Source: Dehalococcoidia bacterium
Lineage (GTDB): Bacteria; Chloroflexota; Dehalococcoidia; SHYD01
Reading direction: 5' to 3'
NCBI GenBank assembly: GCA_965220215.1
Contig: OZ244809.1
Span: 666,580 to 730,579, forward strand
Length of the DNA stretch: 64,000 nucleotides
The notes under the pieces: generated by a model
Database searches by the model: none
Told to the model about the DNA's origin: nothing
Seen by the model: only the letters and a program-made list of their open reading frames with translations
Program-made: the position numbers and the translations under genes
Shown here: piece by piece, positions 63,974 to 64,000 of the stretch
How the letters are laid out: each line of letters begins with the position of its first letter
Position numbering within the stretch: position 1 is the stretch's first letter

Positions 63974-64000
63974 TGCCTCTGTAGTTTAGCTTGCAGAGGT

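Overview
This is a 64-kb stretch of high-GC (about 65%) bacterial chromosome; the lineage is probably Chloroflexota-like, which I infer from the content and cannot verify. It is dominated by housekeeping genes: priA, rplS-trmD, fabZ, rpoB-rpoC, guaA, a purD-purE-purB-purC-purS cluster, a hisZ-like/hisG/hisD/hisC/hisB operon, leuS, lysS, serS, greA, htrA, coaD-rsmD and a sat-cysC-cysH sulfate assimilation cluster. It also carries a heptose-type glycan cluster with three GT9 heptosyltransferases, a GT4, a GT26 and a heptose-7-phosphate kinase. 

Three things stand out against this background. (1) A compositionally foreign two-gene cassette (about 45-55% GC) sits exactly between guaA and purD. 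It encodes a 514-aa protein with an extremely acidic linker and a C-terminal restriction-endonuclease-like (PD-(D/E)xK-type) motif, followed by a HicB/UPF0150-like small protein. This is my best candidate for an undescribed toxin-antitoxin or defence-like module. (2) A tRNA-Ala(GGC) integration hotspot. A degenerate duplicate of the tRNA and its upstream region flanks a lower-GC DinB/MDMPI-like gene. About 115-bp imperfect direct repeats then bracket a 3.3-kb islet. The islet encodes a secreted protein resembling eukaryotic TIMP (tissue inhibitor of metalloproteinases), with five perfect 60-bp tandem repeats, plus a HAD hydrolase and an F420-type DDN oxidoreductase. A further low-GC gene with a winged-helix plus PD-(D/E)xK-like pattern lies just beyond. 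(3) At least six copies of an 80-100-bp nested-palindromic REP/MITE-like element (consensus arms GTCATTCTGAGCAAAGCGAAGAATCC ... CTTCCTCAGAATGAC) lie downstream of + strand genes. 

There is no CRISPR array, no integrase or transposase, and no rRNA in the window.
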